From: Isurus oxyrinchus
Taxonomy: Eukaryota
Assembly (NCBI GenBank): GCA_026770705.1
Contig: JANJGN010000002.1
Location: 208,940,001-209,004,000 of the forward strand
Direction of reading: 5' to 3'
Length of the DNA stretch: 64,000 bases
Made by a program: the position numbers and the translations under genes. The notes beneath the pieces are model-generated. The model was not told the DNA's origin, ran no database searches, and saw only the letters and a program-made list of their open reading frames with translations. Positions within the stretch are counted from its first letter, which is position 1, and every line of letters begins with the position of its first letter. This document shows positions 43,101 through 58,100 of the stretch, piece by piece.

Positions 43101-46100
43101 CTGCATAAGGGCCTCACTCTGCCAGCAATGATATTCAACCAGTCAGCATGACGCCAGTCACGTACATTAAATGCCACCCATAAAGTTGCAAAATATATTC
43201 TTGTTACCATTCTTTCTTAGGAATGGATCGTTATTTTCCATTCTTGGCACAGATTTGCAGCAATGAACAAAATCCAGATAAGAGGCAACTTAGCATCGCA
43301 AAGGTCATAAAATATCTGCTGTAGTCAAAGACTTTTTAATTATTCTAAAGCACACTTATACTATAATTCTTCACCATAATGACAGAAACAATAGCAGTAA
43401 CATAATAGGAAATATCATTAAAACCTGCTTATTCATGGTCAGTTTGTGTTTCTCATTGTCCGATCAACTTCAAACCCCATTCATCTTAGTTCAAAATAGA
43501 CAAATTAGATAAACTCCAGAAGTGAGATGAGAATGGCTGCCCATGACATCTACTCAGCATACGTCAACATGTGGCTCTGAGAGCCTTAGCAAATTTGAGC
43601 ATCCTGAGCGTTCTGGATCAATTACTCCAATCGTTGGGATCATACCGAGCACAATGGAGGATCGGAGGGGTTGTTCCACGTCGCTCTATGGAAATCTCTG
43701 CAAGAATCCCTCAGGGTAGGCTTCTCGGCCCAATCATCTTCAATTGCTTCATCAATGGCCTACTGAAGGAGGGATGTTTGCTGCTGGTTGCACAGTGTTC
43801 AGTACCTTTTCCAAACCCTGAGAAAATGATGCACTTCCTAAACAACATTTCAAAATTCGTAACAAACTTTCAAATATATGTAAATTTCAAATATACAATA
43901 AAAGTAGGATTCCTGTCCTAAGCAGATCTCACAAGTTCAACTTGATCAAAACACATATTTGATTTCATTTACTGCAACTATCAAAATTGTCCTTCCTCTA
44001 CTGACACCAAAGATAACTGTTGATGCAGAATCCAAGTCAGGTGGAAGTTTTGGAGAGAGAAACCAATTGTTCTACTGATAACGATCTGAAACTAATATTT
44101 TACTCTTCACTCTACGGAATCTGCTTCAACCTTTGAGACTTTACAAGATTTTCTGTTTTAATTACAGATTACACCACAAAGGAATCTTCATATTTTGGTC
44201 TGGAAAACATTACAGGAAATGAAACATCAAGAGCGGAAAACCCTCCTTCAACATTTCCACCATCAACAGGTATGTAAAATTGAACTCCAGTAATCACATG
44301 TCAAACTATGGATGTGAGTTCAAAATTCAGGGACATCCCATCTTTTACTGGTCTTGGTCATTACAAGAGCAAACACAACAGTATTTCCTGAATGTTCAGA
44401 ATCGAGCACAGAAACGGAACCATTAATAAATGCCAGAATTCCTTCAACCCATGTAACATTAGTATCTATGGCAACTGTTCTGAACAGTGTCAATCTGATT
44501 GATGCAGTTTAAGAGGTACTAACAAGACCAAATACAGTGCAGAACTTAATGTCCACCACAGATGCCAATCCAGGGACTGGGTTTGGGGCCATGTAATTTG
44601 ATGGGAGTGTGCGCATTGGCAATCAAGCTGCGAGTCAGAAAGATAAAGGGCAGCCTTCCTGCCAGGAATCCACATTCGGCGCGTAAGGAGCTGCATAAGG
44701 GCCTCACTCTGCCACCAATGTTATTCAACCAGTCGGCATGACACCAGTCACATATATTAAATGCCGCCCATAAATTACAAAATATGTTCTTGTTACTATT
44801 CTATCTTAGGAATGGATCGTTATTTTCCTTTCTTGGTACATGTTTGCTACAATGAACAACATCCAGATAAGAGGCGGAGATCATATAATTTCTGCTGCAG
44901 TCAAAGACCTTTTAATTATGCTAATGCACACTTACACTATAATTCTTCACCATAATGACAGAAATACGAGCACTAACATAATGGGAAATAGCACTAAAAA
45001 CCTGCTCATTCATGCTCAGTTTTTGTTTCTCGTTGATCGGTCAACTTCAAGCACTGTTAGTCTTAGTTCAAAATGGACAAATTAGATAAATTGCAGAAGT
45101 GAGATGAGAATAGCTGCCCATGACATCTACTCAGCATACGTCAACATGTGGCTCTGAGAGCCTTAGCAAAATTGAGCATCCTGAGCGTTCTGGATCAATT
45201 ACTCCACTCGTTGGGATCATACCGAGCACAATGGAAGATCGGAGGGGTTGTTCCATATCACTCATCTCACTCTATGGAAATCTCTGCAAGAATCCCTCAG
45301 GATAGTCTCCTCGACCCAACCATCTTCAATTGCTTCATCAATGGCCTACTGAAGTAGGGATGTTTGCTGCTGGTTGCACAGTGTTCAGCGCCTTTTCCAA
45401 TTACTGAGACAATAATGCACTTCCAAAACAACATTTCAAAATTCCTAACAGACTTTCAAACATATGTATATTTAAGATATACAAAAAAAGCAGGATTCCT
45501 GTCCTAAGCATATCTCACAAATTCAACTGGATCAAAACACATATTTGATTCCATTTACTGCAACTATCAAAATTGTCCTTCCTCTAGTGACACCAAAGTT
45601 GATGAAGAATCCACTTCACGTGGAAGCTTCGGACAGAGAAACCAATTGTTGTACTGATATCAAGTTGAAACAAATATTTGGCTCTTCACTCTACGGAATC
45701 TGCCTCAACCTCTGAGTCTTTACAAGATTTTCTGTTTTAATTTCAGATTACAATACAAAGGATTCTTCACATTTTGAACTGGAAAACATTACAGGAAATG
45801 AAACATCAAGAGCAGAAAACCCTCCTTCAACATTTCCACCATCAACAGGTATGTAAAATGGAACTCCAGCTATCACATGTCAAAATATGGTGTGAGTCCA
45901 AAATTCAGGGACATCCCGTCTTTTACTGGTCTTGGTCATTACAAGAGCAAACACGACAGCATTTCCTGAATGTTCAGAATCGAGCACAGAAACGGAACCA
46001 TTAATAAATGCCAGAATTCCTTCAACCCATGTAACATTAGTATCTATGGCAACTGTTATGGACTGTGTCAATCTGATTGATGCAGTTTAGGATGTATTAA

Positions 46101-49100
46101 CAAGGCCAAATGTGGTCTACAGCGCAGAACTTAATGTCCACCACAGATGCCAATCCAGAGACTGGGTTTGGGGCAATGTAATTTGATGGGAGTGTGCGCA
46201 TTGGCAATCAAGCTGCGAGTCCAAAGGATAAAGGACAGCCTTCCTGCCAGGAATCCACATTCAGCCCTTAAGAAGCTGCTTAAGGGCCGCACTCTGCCAC
46301 CAATGATATTCAACCAGTTGGCATGACACCAGTCACGTACATTAAATGCCACGCATGATGTTGCAAAAGATTTTCTTGTTACTATTCTTTCTTAGGAATG
46401 GATCGTTATTTTCCTTTCTTGGTACAGATTTGCTACAATGAACAAAATCCAGATAAGGGGCAACTTAGCATCGCAAAGATCATATAATTGCTGCTGTAGT
46501 CAAAGACTTTTTAATTATGCTAATGCACACTTATAATATAATTCTTCACCATAATGACAGAAACAAGAGCAGTAACATATTGGGAAATAGCACTAAAAAC
46601 CTGCTCATTCATGCTCAGTTTGTGTTTCTCATTGACTGATCAACTTCAAACCCCGTTATTCTTAGTTCAAAATGGACAAATTAGATAAATTGCAGAAGTG
46701 AGATGAGAATAGCTGCCCATGACATCTACTCAGCATACGTCAACATGTGGCTCTCAGAGCCTTAGCAAAATTGAGCATCCTGAGCGTTCTGGTTCAATTA
46801 CTCCACTCGTTGGGATCATACCGAGCACAATGGAAGATCGGAAGGGTTGTTCCACGTCGTTCATCTCACTCTATGGAAATCTCTGCAAGAATCCCTCAGG
46901 GTAGGCTTCTCGGCCCAACCATCTTCAACTGCTTCATCCATGGCCTACTGAAGGAGGGATGTTTGCTGCTGGTTGCACAGTGTTCAGTACCTATTCCAAA
47001 TCCTGAGAAAATGATGCACTTCCTAAACAACATTTCAAAATTCGTAACAAACTTTCAAATATATGTAAATTTCAAATATACAATAAAAGCAGGATTCCTG
47101 TCCTAAGCAGATCTCACAAATTCAACTGGATCCAAACACATATTTGATTTCATTTACTGCAACTATCAAAATTGTCCTTCCTCTAGTGACACCAAAGATA
47201 AATGTTGCTGCAGCATCCAAGTCAAATGGAAGTTTTGGGCAGAGAAACCAATTGTTCTACTGATAGCGATCTGAAACTAATATTTTACTCTTCACTCTAC
47301 AGAATCTGCCTCAACCTTGGAGTCTTTACAAGATTTTCTGCTTTTATTTCAGATTACACCACAAAGGAATCTTCACATTTTGGTCTGGAAAACATTACAG
47401 GAAATGAAACATCAAGAGCAGAAAAAGCACCTTCAACATTTCCACCATCAACAGGTATGTAAAATTGAACTCCAGTTATCACATGTCCAAATATGGATGC
47501 GAGTTCAAAATTCAGGGACATCCCGTCTTTTATTAGTTCTGGTCATTACAAGAGCAAACACGACAGCATTTCCTGAATGTTCAGAATCGAGCACAGAAAT
47601 GGAACCATTAATAAATGCCAGAATTCCTACAACCCATGTAACGTTAGTATCAATGGCAACTGTTATGGACTGTGTCAATCTGACTGATGCAGTTTAAGAG
47701 GTACTAACAAGACCAAATGTGATCTCCAGCACAGAACTTAATGTCCACCACAATGCCAATCCAGTGACTGGGTTTTGGGCCACGTAATTTGATGGGAGTG
47801 TGCGAAGTGGAGATCAAGCTGCATGTCAGAAGGATAAAGGGCAGCCTTCCTGCCAGGAATCCACATTCGGCTCTTAAGGAGCTGCATGACAGCCTCACGC
47901 TGCCAACAATGATATTCAATCATTCAGCATGATATCAGTCTCGTACATTAAATGCCACCCATAAAGTTGCGAAATATGTTCTTGTTGCTATTCTTTCTTA
48001 GGAATGGATCGTTATTTTCTTCTCTTGGTACAGATTTGCAGCAATGAACAAAATCCAGATAAGAGGCAACTTAGCATCGCAAAGATCATATAATTTCTGC
48101 TGTAGTCAAAGACTTTTTAATTATGCTAATACACCATTATACTATAATTCTTCACCATAATGACAGAAATAAGAGCAGTAATATATTGTGAAATAGCACT
48201 AAAAACCTGTTCAATCATGCTCAGTTTGTGTTTCTCATTGACCAATCAACTTCAAACCCCATTGGTCTTAGTTCAAAATGGACAAATTAGATAAATTGCA
48301 GAAGTGAGATGAGAATAGCTGCCCATGACATCAACTCAGCATACGTCAAAATGTGCCTCTCAGAGTCTTAGCAAAATTGAGCATCCTGAGCGTTCTGGAT
48401 CAATTATTCCACTCGTTGGGATCATACTGAGCACAATGGATGATCAGAGGGGTTGTTCCATGTCGCTCATCTCACTCTATGGAAATCTCTGCAAGAATCC
48501 CTCAGGGTAGGATCCTCGGCCCAACCATCTTCAATTGCTTCATCAATGGCCTACAGAAGTAGGGATGTTTGCTGCTGGTTGCACAGTGTTCAGTACCTTT
48601 TCCAATTCCTGAAATAATGATGCACTTCCAAAACAACATTTCAAAATTCATAACAATCTTTCAAATATATGTATATTTATAATGTACAACAAAAGCACGA
48701 TACCTGTCCTGAGCATATCTCACAAATTCAACTGGATCAAAAGACATATTTGATTCCATTTACTGCAACTTTCAAAGTACTCCTTCTTCTAGTGACACCA
48801 AAGACAACTGGTGATGCAGAATTCACGTCAGGTGGAAGCTTCGGAGAGAGAAACCAATTCTTGTACTGGTACTGATCTGAAACAAATATTTTGCACTTCA
48901 CTCTATGGAATCTTCCTCAACATCTGAGTCTTGACAAGATTTTCTGTTTTAATTTCAGATAACACAACAAAGGATTCTTCACAGTTTGATCTGGAAAACA
49001 ATACAGGAAATGAAACATCAAGAGCAGAAAACCCTCCTTCAACATTTCCACCATCAACAGGTATGTAAAATTGAACTCCAGCTATTACATGTCAAAATAT

Positions 49101-52100
49101 GGATGTGAGTTCAAAATTCAGGGACTTTCCCGTCTTTTACTGGTTCTGGTCATTACAAGAGCAAACACGACCACATTTCCTGAATGTTGCTGAATGAGCA
49201 CAGAAACGGAACCATTAATAAATGCCAGAATTCCTTCAACCCATTAACGTTAGTATCTATGGCAACTGTTATGGACTGTGTCAATCTGACTGATGCAGTT
49301 TAAGAGGTACAAACAAGACCAAATGTGATCTCCAGCACAGAACTTAATATCCACCACAATGCCAATCCAGTGACTGGGTTTGGGGCCATGTAATTTGATG
49401 GGAGTGTGCAAAGTGGAGATCAAGCTGCGAGTCAGAAGGATAAAGGGCAGCCTTCCTGCCAGGAATCCACATTTGGCTCTTAAGGAGCTGCATGACAGCC
49501 TCACGCTGCCAACAATGATATTCAATCATTCAGCATGATATCAGTCTCGTACATTAAATGCCGCCCATAAAGTTGCGAAATATGTTCTTGTTGCTATTCT
49601 TTCTTAGGAATGGATCGTTATTTTCCATTCTTGGCACAGATTTGCAGCAATGAACAAAATCCAGTTAAGAGGCAACTTAGCATCGCAAAGGTCATAAAAT
49701 ATCTGCTGTAGTCAAAGACTTTTTAATTATGCTAATGCACACTTATACTATAATTCTTCACCATAATGACAGAAACAATAGCAGTAACATAATAGGAAAT
49801 AGCATTAAAATCTGCTCATTCATGCTCAGTTTGTGTTTCTCATTGACCGATCAACTTCAAACCCCGTTATTCTTAGTTCAAAATGGACAAATTAGATAAA
49901 TTGCAGAAGTGAGATGAGAATAGCTGCCCATGACATCTACTCAGCATACATCAACATGTGGCTCTGAGAGCCTTAGCAAAATTGAGCATCCTGAGTGTTC
50001 TGGATCAATTACTCCACTCGTTGGGATCATACCGAGTACAATGGAAGATCGGAAGGGTTGTTCCACGTCGTTCATCTCACTCTATGGAAATCTCTGCAAG
50101 AATCCCTCAGGGTAGGCTTCTCGGCCCAACCATCTTCAATTGCTTCAACAATGGCCTTCAGAAGTAGGGATGTTTGCTGCTGGTTGCACAGTGTTCAGTG
50201 CCTTTTCCAATTCCTGAAATAATGATGCGCTCCCTAAACAACATTTCAAAATTTGTAACAAACTTTCAAGTATATGTATATTTATAATGTATGACAAAAG
50301 CAGGAAACCTGTCCTAAGCAGATCTCACAAATTGAACTCGATCAAAACACATATTTGGTTCCATTGACTGCAACTTTCAAAGTTCTCCTTCCTCTGGTGA
50401 CACCAAAGACAACTGGTGATGCAGAATTCACGTCAGGTGGAAGCTTTGGAGAGAGAAACCAATTCTTGTACTGGTACTGATCTGAAACAAATATTTGACT
50501 CTTCACCCAACGGAATTTCCTCAACCTCTGAGTCTTTACAAGATTTTCTGTTTTAATTTCAGATAACGCAACAAAGGATTCTTCACATTTTGGTCTAGAA
50601 AACATTACAGGAAATGAAACATCAAGAGCAGAAAACCGTCCTTCAACATTTCCACCATCAACAGGTGTGTAAAATGGAACTCCAGCTATCACATTTCAAA
50701 ACATGGATGTGAGTTCAAAATTCACGTCTATTACTGGTCTTGGTCATTACAAGAGCAAACACGACAGCATTGCCTGAATGTTCAGAATCGAGCACAGAAA
50801 TGGAACCATTAATAATTCCAGAATTCCTTCAACCTACGTAACATTAGTATCTATGGCAACTGTTATAGACTGTGTCAATCTGATTGGTGCAGTTTAAAAG
50901 GTATTTACAAGACCAAATGTGGTCTACAGCGCAGAACTTAATGTCCACCACAGATGTCAATCCAGACACTGGGTTTGGGGCCATGTAATTTGATGGCAGT
51001 GTGCGGAGTGGAGATCAAGCTGCGAGTCAGAAGGATAAGGGGCATGCCTTCCTGCCAGGAATCCACATTCAGCCCTTAAGGAGCTGCATAAGGGCCTCAC
51101 TCTGCCAGCAATGATATTCAACCAGTCAGCATGACGCCAGTCACGTACATTAAATGCCACCCATAAAGTTGCAAAATATATTCTTGTTACCATTCTTTCT
51201 TAGGAATGGATCGTTATTTTCCATTCTTGGTACAGATTTGCAGCAATGAACAAAATCCAGTTAAGAGGCAACTTAGCATCGCAAAGGTCATAAAATATCT
51301 GCTGTAGTCAAAGACTTTTTAATTATGCTAATGCACACTTATACTATAATTCTTCACCATAATGACAGAAACAATAGCAGTAACATAATAGGAAATAGCA
51401 TTAAAATCTGCTCATTCATGCTCAGTTTGTGTTTCTCATTGACCGATCAACTTCAAACCCCGTTATTCTTAGTTCAAAATGGACAAATTAGATAAATTGC
51501 AGAAGTGAGATGAGAATAGCTGCCCATGACATCTACTCAGCATACATCAACATGTGGCTCTGAGAGCCTTAGCAAAATTGAGCATCCTGAGTGTTCTGGA
51601 TCAATTACTCCACTCGTTGGGATCATACCGAGTACAATGGAAGATCGGAAGGGTTGTTCCACGTCGTTCATCTCACTCTATGGAAATCTCTGCAAGAATC
51701 CCTCAGGGTAGGCTTCTCGGCCCAACCATCTTCAATTGCTTCAACAATGGCCTTCAGAAGTAGGGATGTTTGCTGCTGGTTGCACAGTGTTCAGTGCCTT
51801 TTCCAATTCCTGAAATAATGATGCGCTCCCTAAACAACATTTCAAAATTTGTAACAAACTTTCAAGTATATGTATATTTATAATGTATGACAAAAGCAGG
51901 AAACCTGTCCTAAGCAGATCTCACAAATTGAACTCGATCAAAACACATAGTTGGTTCCATTGACTGCAACTTTCAAAGTTCTCCTTCCTCTGGTGACACC
52001 AAAGACAACTGGTGATGCAGAATTCACGTCAGGTGGAAGCTTTGGAGAGAGAAACCAATTCTTGTACTGGTACTGATCTGAAACAAATATTTGACTCTTC

Positions 52101-55100
52101 ACCCAACGGAATTTCCTCAACCTCTGAGTCTTTACAAGATTTTCTGTTTTAATTTCAGATAACGCAACAAAGGATTCTTCACATTTTGGTCTAGAAAACA
52201 TTACAGGAAATGAAACATCAAGAGCAGAAAACCGTCCTTCAACATTTCCACCATCAACAGGTGTGTAAAATGGAACTCCAGCTATCACATTTCAAAACAT
52301 GGATGTGAGTTCAAAATTCACGTCTATTACTGGTCTTGGTCATTACAAGAGCAAACACGACAGCATTGCCTGAATGTTCAGAATCGAGCACAGAAATGGA
52401 ACCATTAATAATTCCAGAATTCCTTCAACCTATGTAACATTAGTATCTATGGCAACTGTTATAGACTGTGTCAATCTGATTGGTGCAGTTTAAAAGGTAT
52501 TTACAAGACCAAATGTGGTCTACAGCGCAGAACTTAATGTCCACCACAGATGTCAATCCAGACACTGGGTTTGGGGCCATGTAATTTGATGGCAGTGTGC
52601 GGAGTGGAGATCAAGCTGCGAGTCAGAAGGATAAGGGGCATGCCTTCCTGCCAGGAATCCACATTCAGCCCTTAAGGAGCTGCATAAGGGCCTCACTCTG
52701 CCAGCAATGATATTCAACCAGTCAGCATGACGCCAGTCACGTACATTAAATGCCACCCATAAAGTTGCAAAATATATTCTTGTTACCATTCTTTCTTAGG
52801 AATGGATCGTTATTTTCCATTCTTGGCACAGATTTGCAGCAATGAACAAAATCCAGATAAGAGGCAACTTAGCATCGCAAAGGTCATAAAATATCTGCTG
52901 TAGTCAAAGACTTTTTAATTATTCTAAAGCACACTTATACTATAATTCTTCACCATAATGACAGAAACAATAGCAGTAACATAATAGGAAATATCATTAA
53001 AACCTGCTTATTCATGGTCAGTTTGTGTTTCTCATTGTCCGATCAACTTCAAACCCCATTCATCTTAGTTCAAAATAGACAAATTAGATAAACTCCAGAA
53101 GTGAGATGAGAATGGCTGCCCATGACATCTACTCAGCATACGTCAACATGTGGCTCTGAGAGCCTTAGCAAATTTGAGCATCCTGAGCGTTCTGGATCAA
53201 TTACTCCAATCGTTGGGATCATACCGAGCACAATGGAGGATCGGAGGGGTTGTTCCACGTCGCTCTATGGAAATCTCTGCAAGAATCCCTCAGGGTAGGC
53301 TTCTCGGCCCAATCATCTTCAATTGCTTCATCAATGGCCTACTGAAGGAGGGATGTTTGCTGCTGGTTGCACAGTGTTCAGTACCTTTTCCAAACCCTGA
53401 GAAAATGATGCACTTCCTAAACAACATTTCAAAATTCGTAACAAACTTTCAAATATATGTAAATTTCAAATATACAATAAAAGTAGGATTCCTGTCCTAA
53501 GCAGATCTCACAAGTTCAACTTGATCAAAACACATATTTGATTTCATTTACTGCAACTATCAAAATTGTCCTTCCTCTACTGACACCAAAGATAACTGTT
53601 GATGCAGAATCCAAGTCAGGTGGAAGTTTTGGAGAGAGAAACCAATTGTTCTACTGATAACGATCTGAAACTAATATTTTACTCTTCACTCTACGGAATC
53701 TGCTTCAACCTTTGAGACTTTACAAGATTTTCTGTTTTAATTACAGATTACACCACAAAGGAATCTTCATATTTTGGTCTGGAAAACATTACAGGAAATG
53801 AAACATCAAGAGCGGAAAACCCTCCTTCAACATTTCCACCATCAACAGGTATGTAAAATTGAACTCCAGTAATCACATGTCAAACTATGGATGTGAGTTC
53901 AAAATTCAGGGACATCCCATCTTTTACTGGTCTTGGTCATTACAAGAGCAAACACAACAGTATTTCCTGAATGTTCAGAATCGAGCACAGAAACGGAACC
54001 ATTAATAAATGCCAGAATTCCTTCAACCCATGTAACATTAGTATCTATGGCAACTGTTCTGAACAGTGTCAATCTGATTGATGCAGTTTAAGAGGTACTA
54101 ACAAGACCAAATACAGTGCAGAACTTAATGTCCACCACAGATGCCAATCCAGGGACTGGGTTTGGGGCCATGTAATTTGATGGGAGTGTGCGCATTGGCA
54201 ATCAAGCTGCGAGTCAGAAAGATAAAGGGCAGCCTTCCTGCCAGGAATCCACATTCGGCGCGTAAGGAGCTGCATAAGGGCCTCACTCTGCCACCAATGT
54301 TATTCAACCAGTCGGCATGACACCAGTCACATATATTAAATGCCGCCCATAAATTACAAAATATGTTCTTGTTACTATTCTATCTTAGGAATGGATCGTT
54401 ATTTTCCTTTCTTGGTACATGTTTGCTACAATGAACAACATCCAGATAAGAGGCGGAGATCATATAATTTCTGCTGCAGTCAAAGACCTTTTAATTATGC
54501 TAATGCACACTTACACTATAATTCTTCACCATAATGACAGAAATACGAGCACTAACATAATGGGAAATAGCACTAAAAACCTGCTCATTCATGCTCAGTT
54601 TTTGTTTCTCGTTGATCGGTCAACTTCAAGCACTGTTAGTCTTAGTTCAAAATGGACAAATTAGATAAATTGCAGAAGTGAGATGAGAATAGCTGCCCAT
54701 GACATCTACTCAGCATACGTCAACATGTGGCTCTGAGAGCCTTAGCAAAATTGAGCATCCTGAGCGTTCTGGATCAATTACTCCACTCGTTGGGATCATA
54801 CCGAGCACAATGGAAGATCGGAGGGGTTGTTCCATATCACTCATCTCACTCTATGGAAATCTCTGCAAGAATCCCTCAGGATAGTCTCCTCGACCCAACC
54901 ATCTTCAATTGCTTCATCAATGGCCTACTGAAGTAGGGATGTTTGCTGCTGGTTGCACAGTGTTCAGCGCCTTTTCCAATTACTGAGACAATAATGCACT
55001 TCCAAAACAACATTTCAAAATTCCTAACAGACTTTCAAACATATGTATATTTAAGATATACAAAAAAAGCAGGATTCCTGTCCTAAGCATATCTCACAAA

Positions 55101-58100
55101 TTCAACTGGATCAAAACACATATTTGATTCCATTTACTGCAACTATCAAAATTGTCCTTCCTCTAGTGACACCAAAGTTGATGAAGAATCCACTTCACGT
55201 GGAAGCTTCGGACAGAGAAACCAATTGTTGTACTGATATCAAGTTGAAACAAATATTTGGCTCTTCACTCTACGGAATCTGCCTCAACCTCTGAGTCTTT
55301 ACAAGATTTTCTGTTTTAATTTCAGATTACAATACAAAGGATTCTTCACATTTTGAACTGGAAAACATTACAGGAAATGAAACATCAAGAGCAGAAAACC
55401 CTCCTTCAACATTTCCACCATCAACAGGTATGTAAAATGGAACTCCAGCTATCACATGTCAAAATATGGTGTGAGTCCAAAATTCAGGGACATCCCGTCT
55501 TTTACTGGTCTTGGTCATTACAAGAGCAAACACGACAGCATTTCCTGAATGTTCAGAATCGAGCACAGAAACGGAACCATTAATAAATGCCAGAATTCCT
55601 TCAACCCATGTAACATTAGTATCTATGGCAACTGTTATGGACTGTGTCAATCTGATTGATGCAGTTTAGGATGTATTAACAAGGCCAAATGTGGTCTACA
55701 GCGCAGAACTTAATGTCCACCACAGATGCCAATCCAGAGACTGGGTTTGGGGCAATGTAATTTGATGGGAGTGTGCGCATTGGCAATCAAGCTGCGAGTC
55801 CAAAGGATAAAGGACAGCCTTCCTGCCAGGAATCCACATTCAGCCCTTAAGAAGCTGCTTAAGGGCCGCACTCTGCCACCAATGATATTCAACCAGTTGG
55901 CATGACACCAGTCACGTACATTAAATGCCACGCATGATGTTGCAAAAGATTTTCTTGTTACTATTCTTTCTTAGGAATGGATCGTTATTTTCCTTTCTTG
56001 GTACAGATTTGCTACAATGAACAAAATCCAGATAAGGGGCAACTTAGCATCGCAAAGATCATATAATTGCTGCTGTAGTCAAAGACTTTTTAATTATGCT
56101 AATGCACACTTATAATATAATTCTTCACCATAATGACAGAAACAAGAGCAGTAACATATTGGGAAATAGCACTAAAAACCTGCTCATTCATGCTCAGTTT
56201 GTGTTTCTCATTGACTGATCAACTTCAAACCCCGTTATTCTTAGTTCAAAATGGACAAATTAGATAAATTGCAGAAGTGAGATGAGAATAGCTGCCCATG
56301 ACATCTACTCAGCATACGTCAACATGTGGCTCTCAGAGCCTTAGCAAAATTGAGCATCCTGAGCGTTCTGGTTCAATTACTCCACTCGTTGGGATCATAC
56401 CGAGCACAATGGAAGATCGGAAGGGTTGTTCCACGTCGTTCATCTCACTCTATGGAAATCTCTGCAAGAATCCCTCAGGGTAGGCTTCTCGGCCCAACCA
56501 TCTTCAACTGCTTCATCCATGGCCTACTGAAGGAGGGATGTTTGCTGCTGGTTGCACAGTGTTCAGTACCTATTCCAAATCCTGAGAAAATGATGCACTT
56601 CCTAAACAACATTTCAAAATTCGTAACAAACTTTCAAATATATGTAAATTTCAAATATACAATAAAAGCAGGATTCCTGTCCTAAGCAGATCTCACAAAT
56701 TCAACTGGATCCAAACACATATTTGATTTCATTTACTGCAACTATCAAAATTGTCCTTCCTCTAGTGACACCAAAGATAAATGTTGCTGCAGCATCCAAG
56801 TCAAATGGAAGTTTTGGGCAGAGAAACCAATTGTTCTACTGATAGCGATCTGAAACTAATATTTTACTCTTCACTCTACAGAATCTGCCTCAACCTTGGA
56901 GTCTTTACAAGATTTTCTGCTTTTATTTCAGATTACACCACAAAGGAATCTTCACATTTTGGTCTGGAAAACATTACAGGAAATGAAACATCAAGAGCAG
57001 AAAAAGCACCTTCAACATTTCCACCATCAACAGGTATGTAAAATTGAACTCCAGTTATCACATGTCCAAATATGGATGCGAGTTCAAAATTCAGGGACAT
57101 CCCGTCTTTTATTAGTTCTGGTCATTACAAGAGCAAACACGACAGCATTTCCTGAATGTTCAGAATCGAGCACAGAAATGGAACCATTAATAAATGCCAG
57201 AATTCCTACAACCCATGTAACGTTAGTATCAATGGCAACTGTTATGGACTGTGTCAATCTGACTGATGCAGTTTAAGAGGTACTAACAAGACCAAATGTG
57301 ATCTCCAGCACAGAACTTAATGTCCACCACAATGCCAATCCAGTGACTGGGTTTTGGGCCACGTAATTTGATGGGAGTGTGCGAAGTGGAGATCAAGCTG
57401 CATGTCAGAAGGATAAAGGGCAGCCTTCCTGCCAGGAATCCACATTCGGCTCTTAAGGAGCTGCATGACAGCCTCACGCTGCCAACAATGATATTCAATC
57501 ATTCAGCATGATATCAGTCTCGTACATTAAATGCCACCCATAAAGTTGCGAAATATGTTCTTGTTGCTATTCTTTCTTAGGAATGGATCGTTATTTTCTT
57601 CTCTTGGTACAGATTTGCAGCAATGAACAAAATCCAGATAAGAGGCAACTTAGCATCGCAAAGATCATATAATTTCTGCTGTAGTCAAAGACTTTTTAAT
57701 TATGCTAATACACCATTATACTATAATTCTTCACCATAATGACAGAAATAAGAGCAGTAATATATTGTGAAATAGCACTAAAAACCTGTTCAATCATGCT
57801 CAGTTTGTGTTTCTCATTGACCAATCAACTTCAAACCCCATTGGTCTTAGTTCAAAATGGACAAATTAGATAAATTGCAGAAGTGAGATGAGAATAGCTG
57901 CCCATGACATCAACTCAGCATACGTCAAAATGTGCCTCTCAGAGTCTTAGCAAAATTGAGCATCCTGAGCGTTCTGGATCAATTATTCCACTCGTTGGGA
58001 TCATACCGAGCACAATGGATGATCAGAGGGGTTGTTCCATGTCGCTCATCTCACTCTATGGAAATCTCTGCAAGAATCCCTCAGGGTAGGATCCTCGGCC

